Assembly: GCF_963921235.1 (NCBI RefSeq)
Contig: NC_086108.1
Coordinates: forward strand, 82,710,001 to 82,774,000
Source: Mobula hypostoma
Lineage: Eukaryota
Length of the DNA: 64,000 nt
Direction of reading: 5' to 3'
Shown: piece by piece, positions 50,151 to 63,804 of the stretch
Layout: every line of letters starts with the position of its first letter
How positions within the stretch are numbered: position 1 is the stretch's first letter
Translations under genes and position numbers: made by a program
The notes under the pieces: generated by a model
Database searches by the model: none
The model's input: the letters and a program-made list of their open reading frames with translations, nothing else
Told to the model about the DNA's origin: nothing

Positions 50151-51612
50151 TCGTTTTCCCACACACAGCAAAACTTGACTCTCCCATAATTTTTTTTTTC
50201 AGTTTCAGTCAAATATCTGGATGATTGTGGGATCAACATGAAGAGATAACAATAAGGACATTGACTATCTTATTGGAACCTTTATTTTGCTTTCATTCAA
50301 GAGATCCTATCTGCTTGCTGAAGAATTTCAGGCAGCTCAAAGAAAGAGCTGATCCCAAATTACAGGAAATGCAAAGTAGGTTTTAAAACACAAAAGTAAA
50401 ATGATGGAAAAAGTTAAATGATTGAAATTCAAAAACAAGAAATGACTTGACATTTTAGGAAAAGGCATTTGATTCTGATATATGACCTCTAACTAAAGTT
50501 CTATGCTACTCATTTCCAGGGTATAACTTAGCTTCTATTTTTAGATTTTGCTAGTTTTACTTCAAATATAATTAAGAAGTGTCCAGCATTTATGGGTTTC
50601 TTAAAAGCTTGGGAATATAGTTATAACATATCTCATTTTCTTTTCCTTTTAGACTTCATTGATAGTCACATACTATGTTATATTCTATCTAATACAGTAT
50701 TTTCATCAGGGAAATCTACGTGAGTTGTGAGGTTTTATCTGCTTTCCGATTTCTTCTTAGCTAGAGAGAGTGCAAAAAAGGCCATGTAACAGTGGAAATG
50801 ACAGTTTTACTCCCTCAAAGCCATTGAAACTGAGTCAAGTGAAAATGTTATAACTAAAATTGTCAGAATTTTGTGTTATGTGTGAATATCTGTAGATTTT
50901 ACCATCAAGGATGGCAAATAAAATTATGGTACAGATTAGGTACAATATACAGACTGAAAGGGAAAAATATTTAATGAGTTAACAGCATAAAATTTCATAA
51001 TGGGTTTAGTCAAACATGAACAATAGAGCAGAATTGAGAGGTGAGTTCAGGAAGCTTTCTGGGACATCAAGGTAGGAGTCGACTGAGCATGACAGTAAGA
51101 AACTCTTGTAAATGAAAAGTGGAAAGGATTTCGGGAAGGCCTTTAAAGGGCCACAGAGCATGATATTTGAAATGCATAATTGCTAATATGTTTCTCAGGA
51201 GTGTCCCAGACCCAATCTTTGTCAGCTATTTCTTTACACGAAAGAATCTAACCACTTCTCCATGGCATTCAATAGCATTACCATTATCTAATTCTCCAAT
51301 ATAATATTGGAAATTATCATTGACTAAAAACTTAATGGACTCACTACAAAATTGAGTGGTTGCAAGACTATATCAAGATCAGGATATTCTGTAGTGAAAA
51401 TCAATTCTAGATTCTTCAGACCTATTTGTTATCAATTTAAAAAGGTATGAATAAATATAAATATGCCTTCCATACTTTATATTTTTTGACATCTCAATTT
51501 GAAGTCCATTACAACAGACAATTAAAATTAGAATGTATGGAACTTTTCAATAGTTCTGTATAGAAAGTCATCCATGTGTTCTATGTACATTTTTATAGCA
51601 CTGTATTGTACT

Positions 51613-52772
51613 AAACACAAGAGATTGGATACCCTGAGCAAACACACACAATATGCTGGAGGAACTCAGCAGATCAAACAGCATCAATGGAAATGGAAAC
51701 AGTCGATGTTTCAGGCTGAGACATTTCCTCAGGGCTAAAAGACAGGGGGAAGATTCCAGAATAAGAAGGTGAGGACAGTGGAAGGAGTAGAAGCTGGAAG
51801 GTGATAGGGAAGCCAGATTGGTGAGGGAGGGGGATGAAGTAAGAAGCCGGGAGGTGAAAGGCGGAAAAAGTAAAGGGCCGGAGAAGAAGGAATCTGATAG
51901 GACTGGAGAGTGGATCATGGGAGAAAGGGAAGGAAGTGGGCCACCAGATGGAGGTGATAGGCAGATGAAGAGGTAAGAGGCCAGACTGGGGAATTGAAGA
52001 AGAGGAAGGGGGCAGGGGCAAAATGTACCTGAAGTTGGAGAAATCGATGTTCATGCCATCAGGTTGGAGGCTACATAGATGGAATATGAAGCATTGTTCT
52101 CCAACCTGAGAGTGGTCTCATCATGGCAGAAGAGGAGACCATGCATCAACATGTCAGAATGGGATTGGAGACAGGAATTAAAATGGTTATTTGCTGGAAA
52201 ATTGCTCTTTTTGCACATAGAGGTCCATCCCCACTAAGCTTCTTCCTGGCACTTAACCCTGCAAGTGACAGAAGAGCTACACCCGCCCATTCCCTTCCTC
52301 CCCTACCTCCATTCAATACGCCAAACAGGCCTTCCAGGTGAGGCAAAATTGTGCTCCCGATGTAGTCTTCTCTACATTGGTGAGACCTGATGTAGTTTGA
52401 GGGAGCGCTTTGTTGAGCACATCAGCTCCATCTGTAAAATGTAGGATTTCCCTGTAGCCAACCATTTTAATTGTTCTCCCCATTTCCATTCTGACATGGC
52501 CTCCTTTTCTGCCATGATGAGGCCATTCTCAGGTTGGAGAAGCAACACCTCACATTACATCTAGGTAGCCTCCAACCTGATGGCATAAGCATTAAATTCT
52601 CCAGAGTTCCCCCCACCCCTCCCCTTCCCTCTTCTTCCAATTTCCCACTCTGGCCTCTTAACTCTTCTCCTCACCTTCCTACCACCTCCCTCTGCTGCCC
52701 GGCCTCCTTTACTTTCTCCCAAGGTCCACCCTCCTCTCCTATCAGATACCTTCTTCTCCAGCCCTTTTCTTT
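51613..52772. mobile_element. Neptune-type PLE: divergent pair (minus about 51613-52210, plus about 52215-52772)
   Basis: Both halves carry the same GIY-YIG C-terminus (LRLEKQHLTLHLGSLQPDG) and UTR in opposite orientations. The plus half has LYIGET and RFVEH. Confidence 0.8.
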
Positions 52773-52774
52773 TC

Positions 52775-54950
52775 AAGATCATAAGACCATAAGACATAGG
52801 AGCTGAATTAGGCCAGTTAGCCCTTCGAGTCTGCACCACCATTCCATCATGGCCGATACCGCATCCCACTCAACCCCATACACCTGCCTTCTGGTCATAT
52901 ACTTTGATGCCCTGCCTGATCAGGAAACAATCAATAACTGCCCTAAATATAGCCATGGACTTGGCCTCCACCAACATCTGTGGCAGAGCATTCCACAGAT
53001 TCACTACCCCCATGCTAAAAAAATTCCTCCTTACCTCTATTCTAAAAGGTCACTCCCTCAATTTTGAGGCTGTTCTGGATACCCCACCATAGGAAACACC
53101 CTCTCCACATCCACCCTATCTAGTCCTTTCAACAATCAGTAGGTTTCAATGAGATTCCCCCCACCTCCAACCCTTCTAAATTCTAGTGAGTACAGGCCCA
53201 AAGCTACCAAACCCTCCTCATATGTTAACCCCTTCATTTCTGGAAACATCCGCATGAACCTCCTCTGGACTTTCTCCATTGGCAACGCATCCTTTCTGAG
53301 ATATAGAGCCCAGAACTATTGATAATACTCCAAGTGCAGCCTGACTAATGTCTTATAAAGGCTCAGCATTATCTCCTTCCTTTTATATTCCATTCCCCTT
53401 GAAATAGATGCTGGCATTGCATTAGACTTCTTTAACATAGACTCAACCTGTAACTTAACCTTCTGGGAGTCTTGCACGAGGATGTTTGAAGCTTTCTCCC
53501 CATTTAGGTAATAGCCTTCACCATCGTTCCTTTGTCTAAATGCATTTTCATACATTTCCCAACACTGTGTTCCATCTGCCCTTTTTTGCTCATTCTTCCA
53601 ATTTCTCTAAGTCCTGCTGCAATTGCATTGCTTCCTCAGCACTACCTACCCCTCCACCTATCTTTGCATCATCAGCATACTTTGCCACCATGCCATAAAT
53701 TCCATTATCCAAATCATTGACAAGTAATGTGAAAAGTAGTGGTACTAATACTGACCCCTGAGGAATGTGACTAGTCACCGGCAGCCAGCCAGAAAAGACC
53801 CCTTTTATTCCCATTTGCTGCCTCCTGCCTGTCAGCCATTCCGCCATCCATGCCAGTATCTGTCCTGTAATGCCACAGGATTTTATCTTGTTAAGCAGCC
53901 TCCTGTGTGGCATCTTATCAAATACCTTCTGAAAATCCAAGTAAATGACATCTACTACTTCACCTTTGTCTACCCTGCTTGTTACTTCCTCAAAGAACTC
54001 TAACCAATTTGTCAGGCAAGATTTCCCTTTACAGAAACCATGCTGACTTTAACTTACTTTACCATTAGTCTCTAAGTACCTCAAAACCTCACCCTTAATA
54101 ATAAACTCTAACACTTTCCCAATCACTGAGGTTAGGCTAACTGCCCTATAATTTCCTTTCTTTACCTTCCTCCCTTCTTAAAGAGTGTTTTTGACTTGAC
54201 CCTGTTTTTTTTTCATGAGGCCGAGTGGTTAGCTCGACACTCAACCCAGCATGGATGGAAAGCGTGCACAAGGGGTGGCCCGACTTGGATTTGAACTTGG
54301 GAGCCTTCGCTCCGGAGTCCGGTGCTGATGCCATTACGCCACCAGCCAGCCATTTTCTAGTGATCAAATATCAACTCTCGCCTCCCTTTTACTCTTTATA
54401 TAACTAAAGAAACTTTAGGTACCCTGCTTTAGATTATTAGCTTGTCTGCCCTCATATTTCATCTTTTCCTTTATTGGAGTTCCCCATTACAAATGTGTCA
54501 TTACCTTTATTACATGCCGTTTCAGGCTCCCTTTGCAATGTTAAACCCACATCTTGGCTACTATTTGGAGGCTTATATATGATTCCCATAATGTTTTTTT
54601 TATCCTTGCAATTTCTTAATGGACATTGAATCTTTGGACACTACCTCACTTTTTTAATATACAATATTTCTGTTTTTGCACATTAAAAAATTATTATACA
54701 TAATTGATTTTATTTATCTGCTAGCTTATGTACTACTTTGAACTGCTGCTGCTAAGTTAACAAATTTCACATCTCATGCTGGTGATAATGAACCTGATTC
54801 TGATTCTGATTCTGACATTCTCTGACCCCGTATCACCTTTTTCTAAAGATGTAATTCCATCTCTTACCGACAGAGCCACACCACCGCCTGTGCCTTACTG
54901 CCTATCCTTTTGATAGAAAGTATATCCTTTGATATTAAGCTCCCAACTAT
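52775..54950 (-). mobile_element. CR1 LINE ORF2, internally deleted, with a nested SINE and a Rex 3' tail (about 54620-54815)
   Basis: MDFQKVFDKMPH, PQGSVLVP, KYADDAKIGG and LYKTLVRLHLEY. CR1 tail at about 52776-52800. Confidence 0.88.
54188..54350 (-). mobile_element. Second copy of the tRNA-derived SINE at 49151-49346, with a longer linker and truncated 3' end
   Basis: Shares GGACTCCGGAGCGAAGG, the B box and GGGTTGAGTGTCGAGCTA..ACTCGGCCTC. Confidence 0.85.
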
Positions 54951-55257
54951 TATGGTAACACATGTAAAAACAAATACTGTATCTAAATAATAAACATATA
55001 TCTTTAGTGTTTATTATTCTTCCTACTTTCCCTGGGATAAAATTGACTACCTTGCTACTTTAAGACTTGTAAATAAAGAACAATGGAAACCCAGGTATTG
55101 ATTCATGGGTTACGTTGTTTAGTACATGCTTAATTGCCCTAAACAAATAAAAGTTTCCTCATTTGTACTTTCTTTTTTATAAACACAGCTACAGAAAGCA
55201 TTGAAATCTCACAGCTGCACAGTCATGATCTATAGGCTTTGTTAGATTGATATACTG

Positions 55258-55343
55258 AGCTAGGCATAAATGTAGCTTAAACATCTTACCAGTGCACTTG
55301 TATAGATGTCATTGCCTATTTAACCATGTGTACTGAGGGTATT
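55258..55343 (+). repeat. 86-bp segment duplicated at 56127-56212
   Basis: AGCTAGGCATAAA..GTGTACTGAG.GTATT is nearly identical in both places (about 4 mismatches). Confidence 0.9.
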
Positions 55344-55359
55344 GCCCAGTTTCATACAA

Positions 55360-56240
55360 GCCCAAGTAAGACCACTTACTTGGCCTTTGAGCCTGCTCTG
55401 CTATTCAGAGAGATCATGACTGATCTACTTCAAGACATTTACCATCCCCATATAACTTGAGTTCCTTAATATGCAGAAATCCACCACTCCCTCTTTCAAA
55501 TATACTCAGCAACCAAACTTGCAGAGTTCTTCAGTTTAGCTGTTTCCAAAGATTCTCCACATTTTATTTCTAAATGGTCTATCCCTTAATATGAAATCAT
55601 GACCCCTAATTTTGAATTACTAGTAGTGTCCCACATCCAGCTCAATGGCCCTTTAAATATTTTGTAAGTTTATTGAAATATGCTTTCATTTTTGCTAAAC
55701 TCTGGATAATATGGTACTACTTTCTTCAATCTTTCCTCATGTGGCAAACCGTCATGCTGGGAGTTTACCTAGTATCCTTCCATCCTTTCCTGGGTAAGGA
55801 GACCAAAAGTCTACATAATATCCCGTCTCTCACCAAATCTGTATGTAATTGCTGTGAGACATTTTTACTTTTGTGCTCAAATCTTCCCATAATAAAAGCC
55901 AACATACCAATCATTTGCTTCACCTGATTGGGTTACATTGATTTGTGCACAAGGGGTCTCAAGTCCCTTTGAATTTCAAGTTTATTCTATTTCACAGCAT
56001 TTAAAAAGGACTCTTGTTTGTGCACTGACTTGGATAACATCACATTTTTCCTGCATGTTTCACCTATCACTAAGCTTGTCTACATCCATTGGAAACCTCT
56101 TTACATCCTTTCATGCACTACCATCCAGCTAGGCATAAACGTAGCTTAAACATCTTACCAGTGCACTTGTATAGATGTCATTGCCTATTTAATCTTGTGT
56201 ACTGAGTGTATTTACCATCATTAGTAAACTTGGAAATATA
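55360..56240 (-). mobile_element. Ancient CR1 3' fragment
   Basis: Degenerate CR1 3' UTR and RT remnants. Confidence 0.6.
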
Positions 56241-56984
56241 ACTTTTGTGTCATGAAATTTGTTGTTTTGTCACAGAGTAGAGTGCAATACATAAAAAGTA
56301 CTATAAATTATAATAAGAAAAACATATTAAAAATTAAATTTATTTAATGCAAACAGAGAGCAAAGGTAGTGAGGTAGTATTCATGGGCTGGTTCATTTTC
56401 CATTCAGAAATCTGATGGCGGAGGAGAAGAAGTTGTTCCTAAAATAAACCAGGTATACCACCGGAGACTTATCATATCTTCAAAGAGTTCCCATAGGTGA
56501 ACCAAATATAATTTTCAACTTTATAAATCAATGTTGGCTTTTATCAATTTTATTATTCTCATCACATTTTTGTTATTATGTTTTCAATTATAGATTGGCT
56601 AACGCACTGGTGAGCTGGTGCTATTACTGTGCCCAGATCTAGTGACCTGAATCTGATTCTAACCTTGGAGGCAATTAAAAGGTTTTTAAGGCTTTTAATT
56701 AGGCACATGAATACAAGAATACGGATCATGTGCCTAGAGAAGAGATTTAATTTAATTTGGCACCACAGTCGGTAGAGTCATCATGGGCCAAAGGGCCAGT
56801 TTCTGCACCACCTGATCCGTTCCGATTATTTCTAGCACATTCTGTTCTTCAGAATGCAGACAAATTTCTATTCCAAGAATCTTTCAAGCCAAGTGAGCTA
56901 CTATTCACAAGTCTTTTTTGATATGATCTATCTGCAAATCCTCTGGCCTATATCTGTGATAGAAAGGTTTACATTGCCACTAAC

Positions 56985-57290
56985 TAAGACAGCACAGTGA
57001 CCCAGCTAACCGAGGGACTGCAACTCAGGATCAATCCTGATTTCCATCGTTCGCTGCATGGAGTTTGCACAGTCTGCCCATGAGCACATGGGTTTCCCCA
57101 GGTTCTCCAGTTTCCTCAAACTCATGTGAGTCAGTAGGTCAACTGGCCACTGTAAGTTGCTCCTGTTACTTTGGTGAATGATTGAATGTGGAGACAATAA
57201 AATGTAGGATTGGTGTAAATATGTGTTCAGAAGTCAGTACAGGCTTGGTGGAGCCAAAAGTGTTTTTCTGTGCTGTGTAACTTCATGACT
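56985..57290 (+). mobile_element. V-SINE, degraded
   Basis: GGAGTTTGCAC..GGGTTTCCCCAGGTTCTCCAGTTTCCTC..TGGCCACTGTAAGTTGC. Confidence 0.65.
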
Positions 57291-57597
57291 CCAAAGTGCC
57301 TACATGAGGGTCAACTTAAATTCCTGTTGGAAAGGAACTAGAGTGCAGACAGTCAGCTTGGGAGCATCAGAAAAGACTCACTAACAGATGAGGTTTATTT
57401 TTATCCCATCAACTGGATAATTAAAAATTTTCACCACAGTGGCCAGTGAACAGCATTCAAAATATTAGGTTGCCCTAACGGTGAAATTACAATGTTGTGG
57501 CTTTGACTGTCATTCCAAGGGTTAAACACAAATATAAATGACCGGTTTAAAAGAGTACAGAAGTGAATGAGGTTATACAGAGCTGCTGCCCTTTGAT

Positions 57598-57730
57598 AAA
57601 CACAAGAGATTCTGCAGATGCTGGAAATTCAGAATGACACACAAAAAATGCTGGAGGAACTTTCAGGTTAGGCAGTATCTATGGAGAGGAATAAAGAGTT
57701 AACATTTTGGGCTGAGACACCTCATCGAGA
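57598..57730 (-). mobile_element. PLE terminus fragment
   Basis: AAACACAAGAGATTCTGCAGATGCTGGAAAT..GCTGGAGGAAC. Confidence 0.7.
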
Positions 57731-57754
57731 CAGTTCATGTGTGTGTTAGACTAA

Positions 57755-60745
57755 AAGACCCTAAGAATTAAGTTAATTGGCCCATCAAATCTGCTCAGCT
57801 CCACTCCCCAGTCTTCTCCCTGTAACCTTTGATGCCGTGGCCAATCAAGAACCTGTCAATCTTTGCCTTAAATACACCCAATGACCTGGCCTCCACTGTT
57901 GCCTGCGGTAACAAATTCCACAAGTTCACCACCCTCTGGCTAAAGAAATTTCTCCGGAACTCTGTTTAACATGGACATCCCTCTATCCTGAGGCTGTGCC
58001 CTCTTGTCCTAGACCCCCCCCCCCACCCCATCATGGGAAACATCCTTTCCACATCTACTCTGTCTAGGTGTTTCTACATTCAAAAGATTTCAATGAGATC
58101 CCCCCTCCCAAACCTTCTAAATTGCAGTAAGTACAGGTCCAGAGCGATTAAATGTTTCTCATAAGATAACCCTTTCATTCCCAGAATTATCCTTGCGAAC
58201 CTCCTCTGCACCCTCTCCAAAGCCAACACATCTTTCCTTAGATAAGGAGGCCAAAACTATTCACAATACTCAAGGCAAGGCCTCGCCAGTGCTTTAGCAT
58301 CACATCCTTGTTCTTATATTCGAGATCTATTGAAATGAATGCTAACATTGCATTTGCCTTCCTCACCACTGACTCAACCTGCAAGTTAACCTTTAGGGTG
58401 TTCTGTGCAAGGACGCCCGGGTCCCTTTTCATCTTAGAGCTGTGGATTTTCTCCCCATTTAGAAAATAGTCTGCACAATTTTTTTCCTACCGAAGTGCAT
58501 GACCATGCATTTTCCAACATTGTATTTCATTTGCCACTTTCTTGTCCATTCTGCTAATCTGTCTAAGTCCTTCTGCAGCCTTCCTGTTTCCTCAGCACTA
58601 CCTGTCTCTCCATCAATCTACGTATCATCTGCAAACTTGGCAAAAAAGCCATTTGTTCCATCATTTAAATCATTGATAAAGAGCATTAAAAGAAGTGGTC
58701 CCAATACTGACCATTGCGAAGACCTAGTAGTCACTGGCAGCCAACCAGAAAAGGATCCTTTTATTCCTACTTGCTGCCTCCTATCAATCAGCCAATGTTC
58801 CGACCATGCTAGTAACTTTCCCGTAATACCATGGGTTCTTAACTCGGTAAGCATCCTCATGTGAGGCACTTTGTCAAACACCTTCTGAAAATCCAAATAT
58901 ACAACATGCACTGCATTCCCTTTATCTATCATACTTGTAACCTTCTCAAAGAATTCCAATAGATTCGTCAGGCAAAATTTTCCCTTAAGGAAAACCATGC
59001 TGACTTTGTCCTATCTGTTCTGTGTCACCAAGTCCTCCCATAACCTAATCCTTAAAAATTGGCTCCAGCACCTTCCCAACCACTGAGGTCAGGCTAACTG
59101 GTCAATAATTTCCTTTCTGCTCCTCCCTCCTTTCTTAAAAAGTGGAGTGAAATTTGCAATTTTCCAGTCCTTCTGAACCATGCCAGAGTCTAATAATTCT
59201 TGAAGGATCATTACTAATGCCTCCACAATCTCTACCACTACCTCTTTTGGAAGCCTAGGGTGCAGTTCATCTAGTTCGGGTGACTTATGTATCTTTATAT
59301 ATTTCAGCTTTTTGAGCATCTACTCCCTTGTAATATTAACTGCACTTATTTTTCTCCCCTCACACCCTTCAATACCTCATACACTGCTAGTGTCTTCCAC
59401 AATGAAGACTGATGCAAAATACTCATCTGCCATCTCTTTGTCCCCTGTTATTATTTCTCTGGCTTCATTCTCTAGCGGTCCTATATCCACTCTCATCTGT
59501 CTTTTATTTTTTATATACTTGAAAAAGTTTTTACTATCCAGCCGATATTGTTTGCTAGCTTGCTTTCATATTTCATCTTTTCCCTCCTAATGATTCTTTT
59601 AGTTGCTTTCAGTAGGTTTTTAAAAGCTTCCGAATCCTCTATCTTTCCACTAATTTTTGCTTTTTTGTATGCCCTCTGTTTTGCTTTTACATTAGCTTTG
59701 ACTTTCCTTGTCAGCCACAATTGTACTATATTGCCTTTTGAGTATTTCTTTGCTTTTGGACTACATCTATCCTGCACCTTCTTCATTTTTCCCAGAAACT
59801 CATGCCATTACTGCTCTGTTGTCATCCCTGCCAGCATCTCCTTCCAATTTACTTTGGCCAACTCCCCTCTCATACCACTGTAATTTCTTTTACTCCACTA
59901 AAATACTGGTACATCAGACTTCACTTTCCCTCTATCAAATTTCAAGTTGAACTCAATCACATTGAGTTCATACACCTAATCCAATGTAGCTGATCCCTTA
60001 GTAGGCTCAAAAACAAACTGCTCTGAAAAGCCATCTAGAAATTCAAACTCTTGAGGTTCATTACCAACCTGATTTTCCCAATCTACCTGCATGTTAAAAT
60101 CTCCCATGACTATCATAACATTGTCCTTTTGACATGTCTTTTCTATTTCCCACTGTAATCTGTGGTCCATATCCCAATTACTGTTTGGAGTCCTGCATAT
60201 AACTGCCATCAGTGTCTTTTTACCCTTGCAATTTCCTAACTCAACCCACAATGATTCAACATCTATGTCATATTTTTCTGATGATTTAGTGCCATTCTTT
60301 CCAGCAGAGCCTCCCCCTCTGCCTACCTTCCTATCCCTCGAAAACAATGTGTAACTTTGGACATTCAGCTCCCAACTACAACCTTCCTTCAGCCATGATT
60401 CAGTGATGGCCACAGCATCATACCCGCCAATCTGCAATAGTGCAACAATATCATCCATCTTATTTCTTATACTCTGTGTATTAAGATATAACACATTGAG
60501 TACTGTATTTGCTACCCTTTTTGATTCTGCATCCCTAATGCACTGATACGAATCCTGCTGGCTGCAATAGCTGCAAGTTTGTCCTATCATCTGCCTGCCC
60601 TTCCTGATAGTCTGACTGCACGCTATCTTTGCTTTTTTGCCATTCGTCCTGTCCTGAGTCCCTTCACTCCGGTTCCCATTCCCCTGCAAACTAGTTTAAA
60701 CCCTCCCCAACCTCTAACAAACCTGCCTGTGAGAATATTGTTCCC
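57755..60745 (-). mobile_element. CR1 LINE: end of ORF1 plus a decayed ORF2 (APE + RT)
   Basis: LYLNTQSIRNK, ITESWL, MGDFNM, KSPELDELHPR, YLDFQKVFDKV and FADDT, with many stops and frameshifts. Confidence 0.92.
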
Positions 60746-62289
60746 CCTCAGTCCTATTCTGTCCTTCGTTGAAACTTTTAACTTGGGAACTTCATGAATG
60801 TAAAAGATTCACGACTGGCACCATTAAGGTTGAATTACCAGAGGTGACTTAGGTTCTTTGTGGGCCATTACTGTGCCCAAGGACTATCACATTCTTCTGC
60901 ATAAAATTGTAACTGGATTTCCTAATTATTATTTTGAGTCACATAATATGGTGCTATATATTTATTTGCACATTCTTCCCTTTCAGGTCAGGGTCACATT
61001 TCCTCAGTTCCTGAAGATCAAAACAAGTTATCACCTAGCACTTTGCAAACACCAGTGAGATGAGATATTAGCCTTGGCAGCTAAGTCATGGCTTTACCAT
61101 AATGAATGCAGCAATTTTTAATACCCCATTAACGTTTCTTTCAACTACTTTGGTTGATTAGTTCCGATTTTTGGGATGACACAAGATATGTTTCTTCCCC
61201 ATGCCAGGAAAACACTGCTGCAAACACCAAATTTCTCTGGGATGCATTGCAACGTGAGGGTGATTCTCTCTGCATTACTGCATCATTATTTCTTTCCCAG
61301 CATCAAGACTGATCAACCAGTCCAACCAGTCAATCAGTCCCATCTCATACCAGATTTCATGAAACAAGCTCCCTATTCTGAACTCCCTGATGGCAAAAGA
61401 GCATCAAGGTTCAAGACTCAGAATAGTTTATTGTCAATCTTCAGTATACAAGTGTAAAGGAGAACAAAATGATTGTTACTCCAGATCTGATGCAGCATAA
61501 AAAAAGCACGATAAGCATAAACTCAAAGTCACTTCAAAAGTGTCCTCAATGCCGCCTTGAGAATTCAAACACCTTCATTGGTTTGGGAGATTCCTTCACC
61601 CAGAAAAGCAGGGAAAGGTGTGGAAAGGGACTGAGCATACTGCCTCATTCCAATGTTAGCACAAGGAGGGTGAGTTTAGTCAGTGGGAGAAGCACTTAAC
61701 AATCCAGCAACTTCTCCTTTCATCCTGTCAAGCTGTGGCTGCTCCACCTGTTTACATGTTCCATTAGTCACCTGAGAATTCACAGACCTGCAGTGGAAGT
61801 AAGTTATTAATGATTCCAAATATCTACCCAAAGAAGAAAAGATGCTCATTTTAGGTCACGGCAGAAAATAGCTACTAATCTTTAAGAATGACAATGAAGT
61901 TTCATCTGATGACACTAGTGGAAAATGCATGGTTTTTACAATGTTAATGCTGCTCTTTCAATTAAACTGTTGTTGAACTTTTTCCACCTGCTATTTTGTC
62001 TTGACATTTCAAGCACAATCTCCAATGTGCTTTGTAGACTAGATTTGCACGTTTTACAATTTTTCCAAGGTGAGAAGTTCATGGATAGGCAGGAGGAAAA
62101 TGAAGGTGAGAGGTTTGGTGAAAAGGTAGAGCATGTATGTGTTATGTGAAGTTATCTCCTCTAGCATTTTGATGCTGTTAGCATCAAAACAGATCATTTG
62201 AACTCCAAAACTGAGGCTTCACTATTTCATGCAAATTCACATTCAGGTTTAACAAACATTCTAAGACTGGGGGGCGGGTGGGGTGTTCT

Positions 62290-62575
62290 AAACCTGAGTC
62301 TAGGATATGAGGGCATAGCCTCAGAATAGAGGAATATCTTTAGCCAGAGAATGGTGAGTCTGTGGAATTCGTTGCCACATACAGCAGTGGTGACCACGTC
62401 ACTGGGTATACCTAAAGCAGAGGTAGTGAGGTTCTTGATTAATAAAAGTATCAAAAGTTATGAGAAGGCAGGAGAATGGGATTGAGAGGGAAAATAAATC
62501 AGCCATGATGGAATGGAAGAGCAGACTCAATGAGCTGAATGGACTATTTCTGCTCCTATATCTCATGGTCTAAAT
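62290..62575 (+). mobile_element. CR1 3' end fragment
   Basis: SQRMVSLWNSLP remnant and a CR1 3' UTR. Confidence 0.75.
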
Positions 62576-63539
62576 TGTAGCCACTTCAGATGAAGTGACT
62601 TGCCAGATGTGCTCTAAATATAATTCCACAAGCAAAAATTGAGAAGGCTGCAAAATCAGAAGTCTGCATAGCATCATAAATGGATTCAGGTGCATGTTTA
62701 ATATGGGATTGTTAACCCACTACTTTCAGTCAAATGCTAATTTATGGGCTCAGCAGTGTCCTGAACAGATTCCTGTAGAGCGCATGCTTCTCATCCACTC
62801 TGAGTCATTTCATGTTTCAGAAACTAGCACTAACTTAGCCTGGCATTGTTCAACTTATTTAGACTGCTCTAATCTGCTTTTATTGAACTGGTCCCTGGAT
62901 TCAAACTTTTTCCGATAAGTCTGGATTTCCAAATCTCCGCGGATTTTGAGTGTTTGTTTATCAAAGTAGCCTTTAGAAAAAGGGCTTACTCTTTAAGATG
63001 AAAAAAAATGTGGGAAGCTAATGCAGAGACTTTCATGTCTATAGCGTACTCGCTGTCCCTAAGCTCTGCCGGAGCAGCTGGGCTGTCCTCTGTTTCCTCA
63101 GGGGGATTATCAGCCCCTCAGCCCATAGCACTCTGCATACAATGGGAAATATGACAGCTCACTTAATCGCTTGACTCCCTAATCCACACAGATTTATTGG
63201 GATTTATCATTTTATCACGGCTTAGTAAATACTTTTCCTTATGCTTTTTATTGTGAATATATAGTTAGTAAAGCAACCTTCTGAATGCTGCTCTGTGCTT
63301 TTTTGGGGTTGCTAGTGTCAATGCTTTGATGGAGTTACAGAAATGAATCTACCTCTGAGTATCAGGAGATGCTGTCACTAACATTCAGAAGAGTTTGTTT
63401 CAAATTCATACGCAGGGAGGCTTGGATATCTCCATAATTAGTGAGAGCAATATTCATGGAGAGTTAGTTATGTACCTGGCACTAAAGTATTTAAAAATAT
63501 TTTGGGCTGAGGTGGTTACTATTATGAAAACCAGTTTAG

Positions 63540-63785
63540 ACCAGAAGACCATTAGACGTATGAACAGAGTTAGAGCATTTGACCCATCGAGTCTGCTCCA
63601 CCATACAATCAGGGGTTATTTTTATTCCCCTCAACCCTACTCTCCTGCCTTCTCCCCAGAACCTTTGATGCCCTTACTAATCAAGAACACATCAACCGCG
63701 GCTTTAAATACACCCAGTGACATAGCCTCCACAGCCACCTTTGGGAACAAATTCTACAGATTCACCACCCCGTGGCTAAGAAAAT
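63540..63785 (-). mobile_element. CR1 3' end fragment
   Basis: Reverse-complement CR1 3' UTR (GACCCATCGAGTCTGCTCC..CAGATTCACCACCC). Confidence 0.75.
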
Positions 63786-63804
63786 TAATTTAATATTGAA
63801 ATAT

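Noticed and set aside
60987..61054. Isolated plus-strand exon-like segment (ccctttcag|GTCAGG..CCA|gtgaga)
   Set aside because: There is no compatible partner exon or recognisable peptide, and such signals occur by chance.
62167..62189. Perfect 10-bp hairpin TTTTGATGCT-GTT-AGCATCAAAA resembling a terminator
   Set aside because: Intrinsic terminators are not relevant in this eukaryotic context, and the hairpin is too short to interpret.
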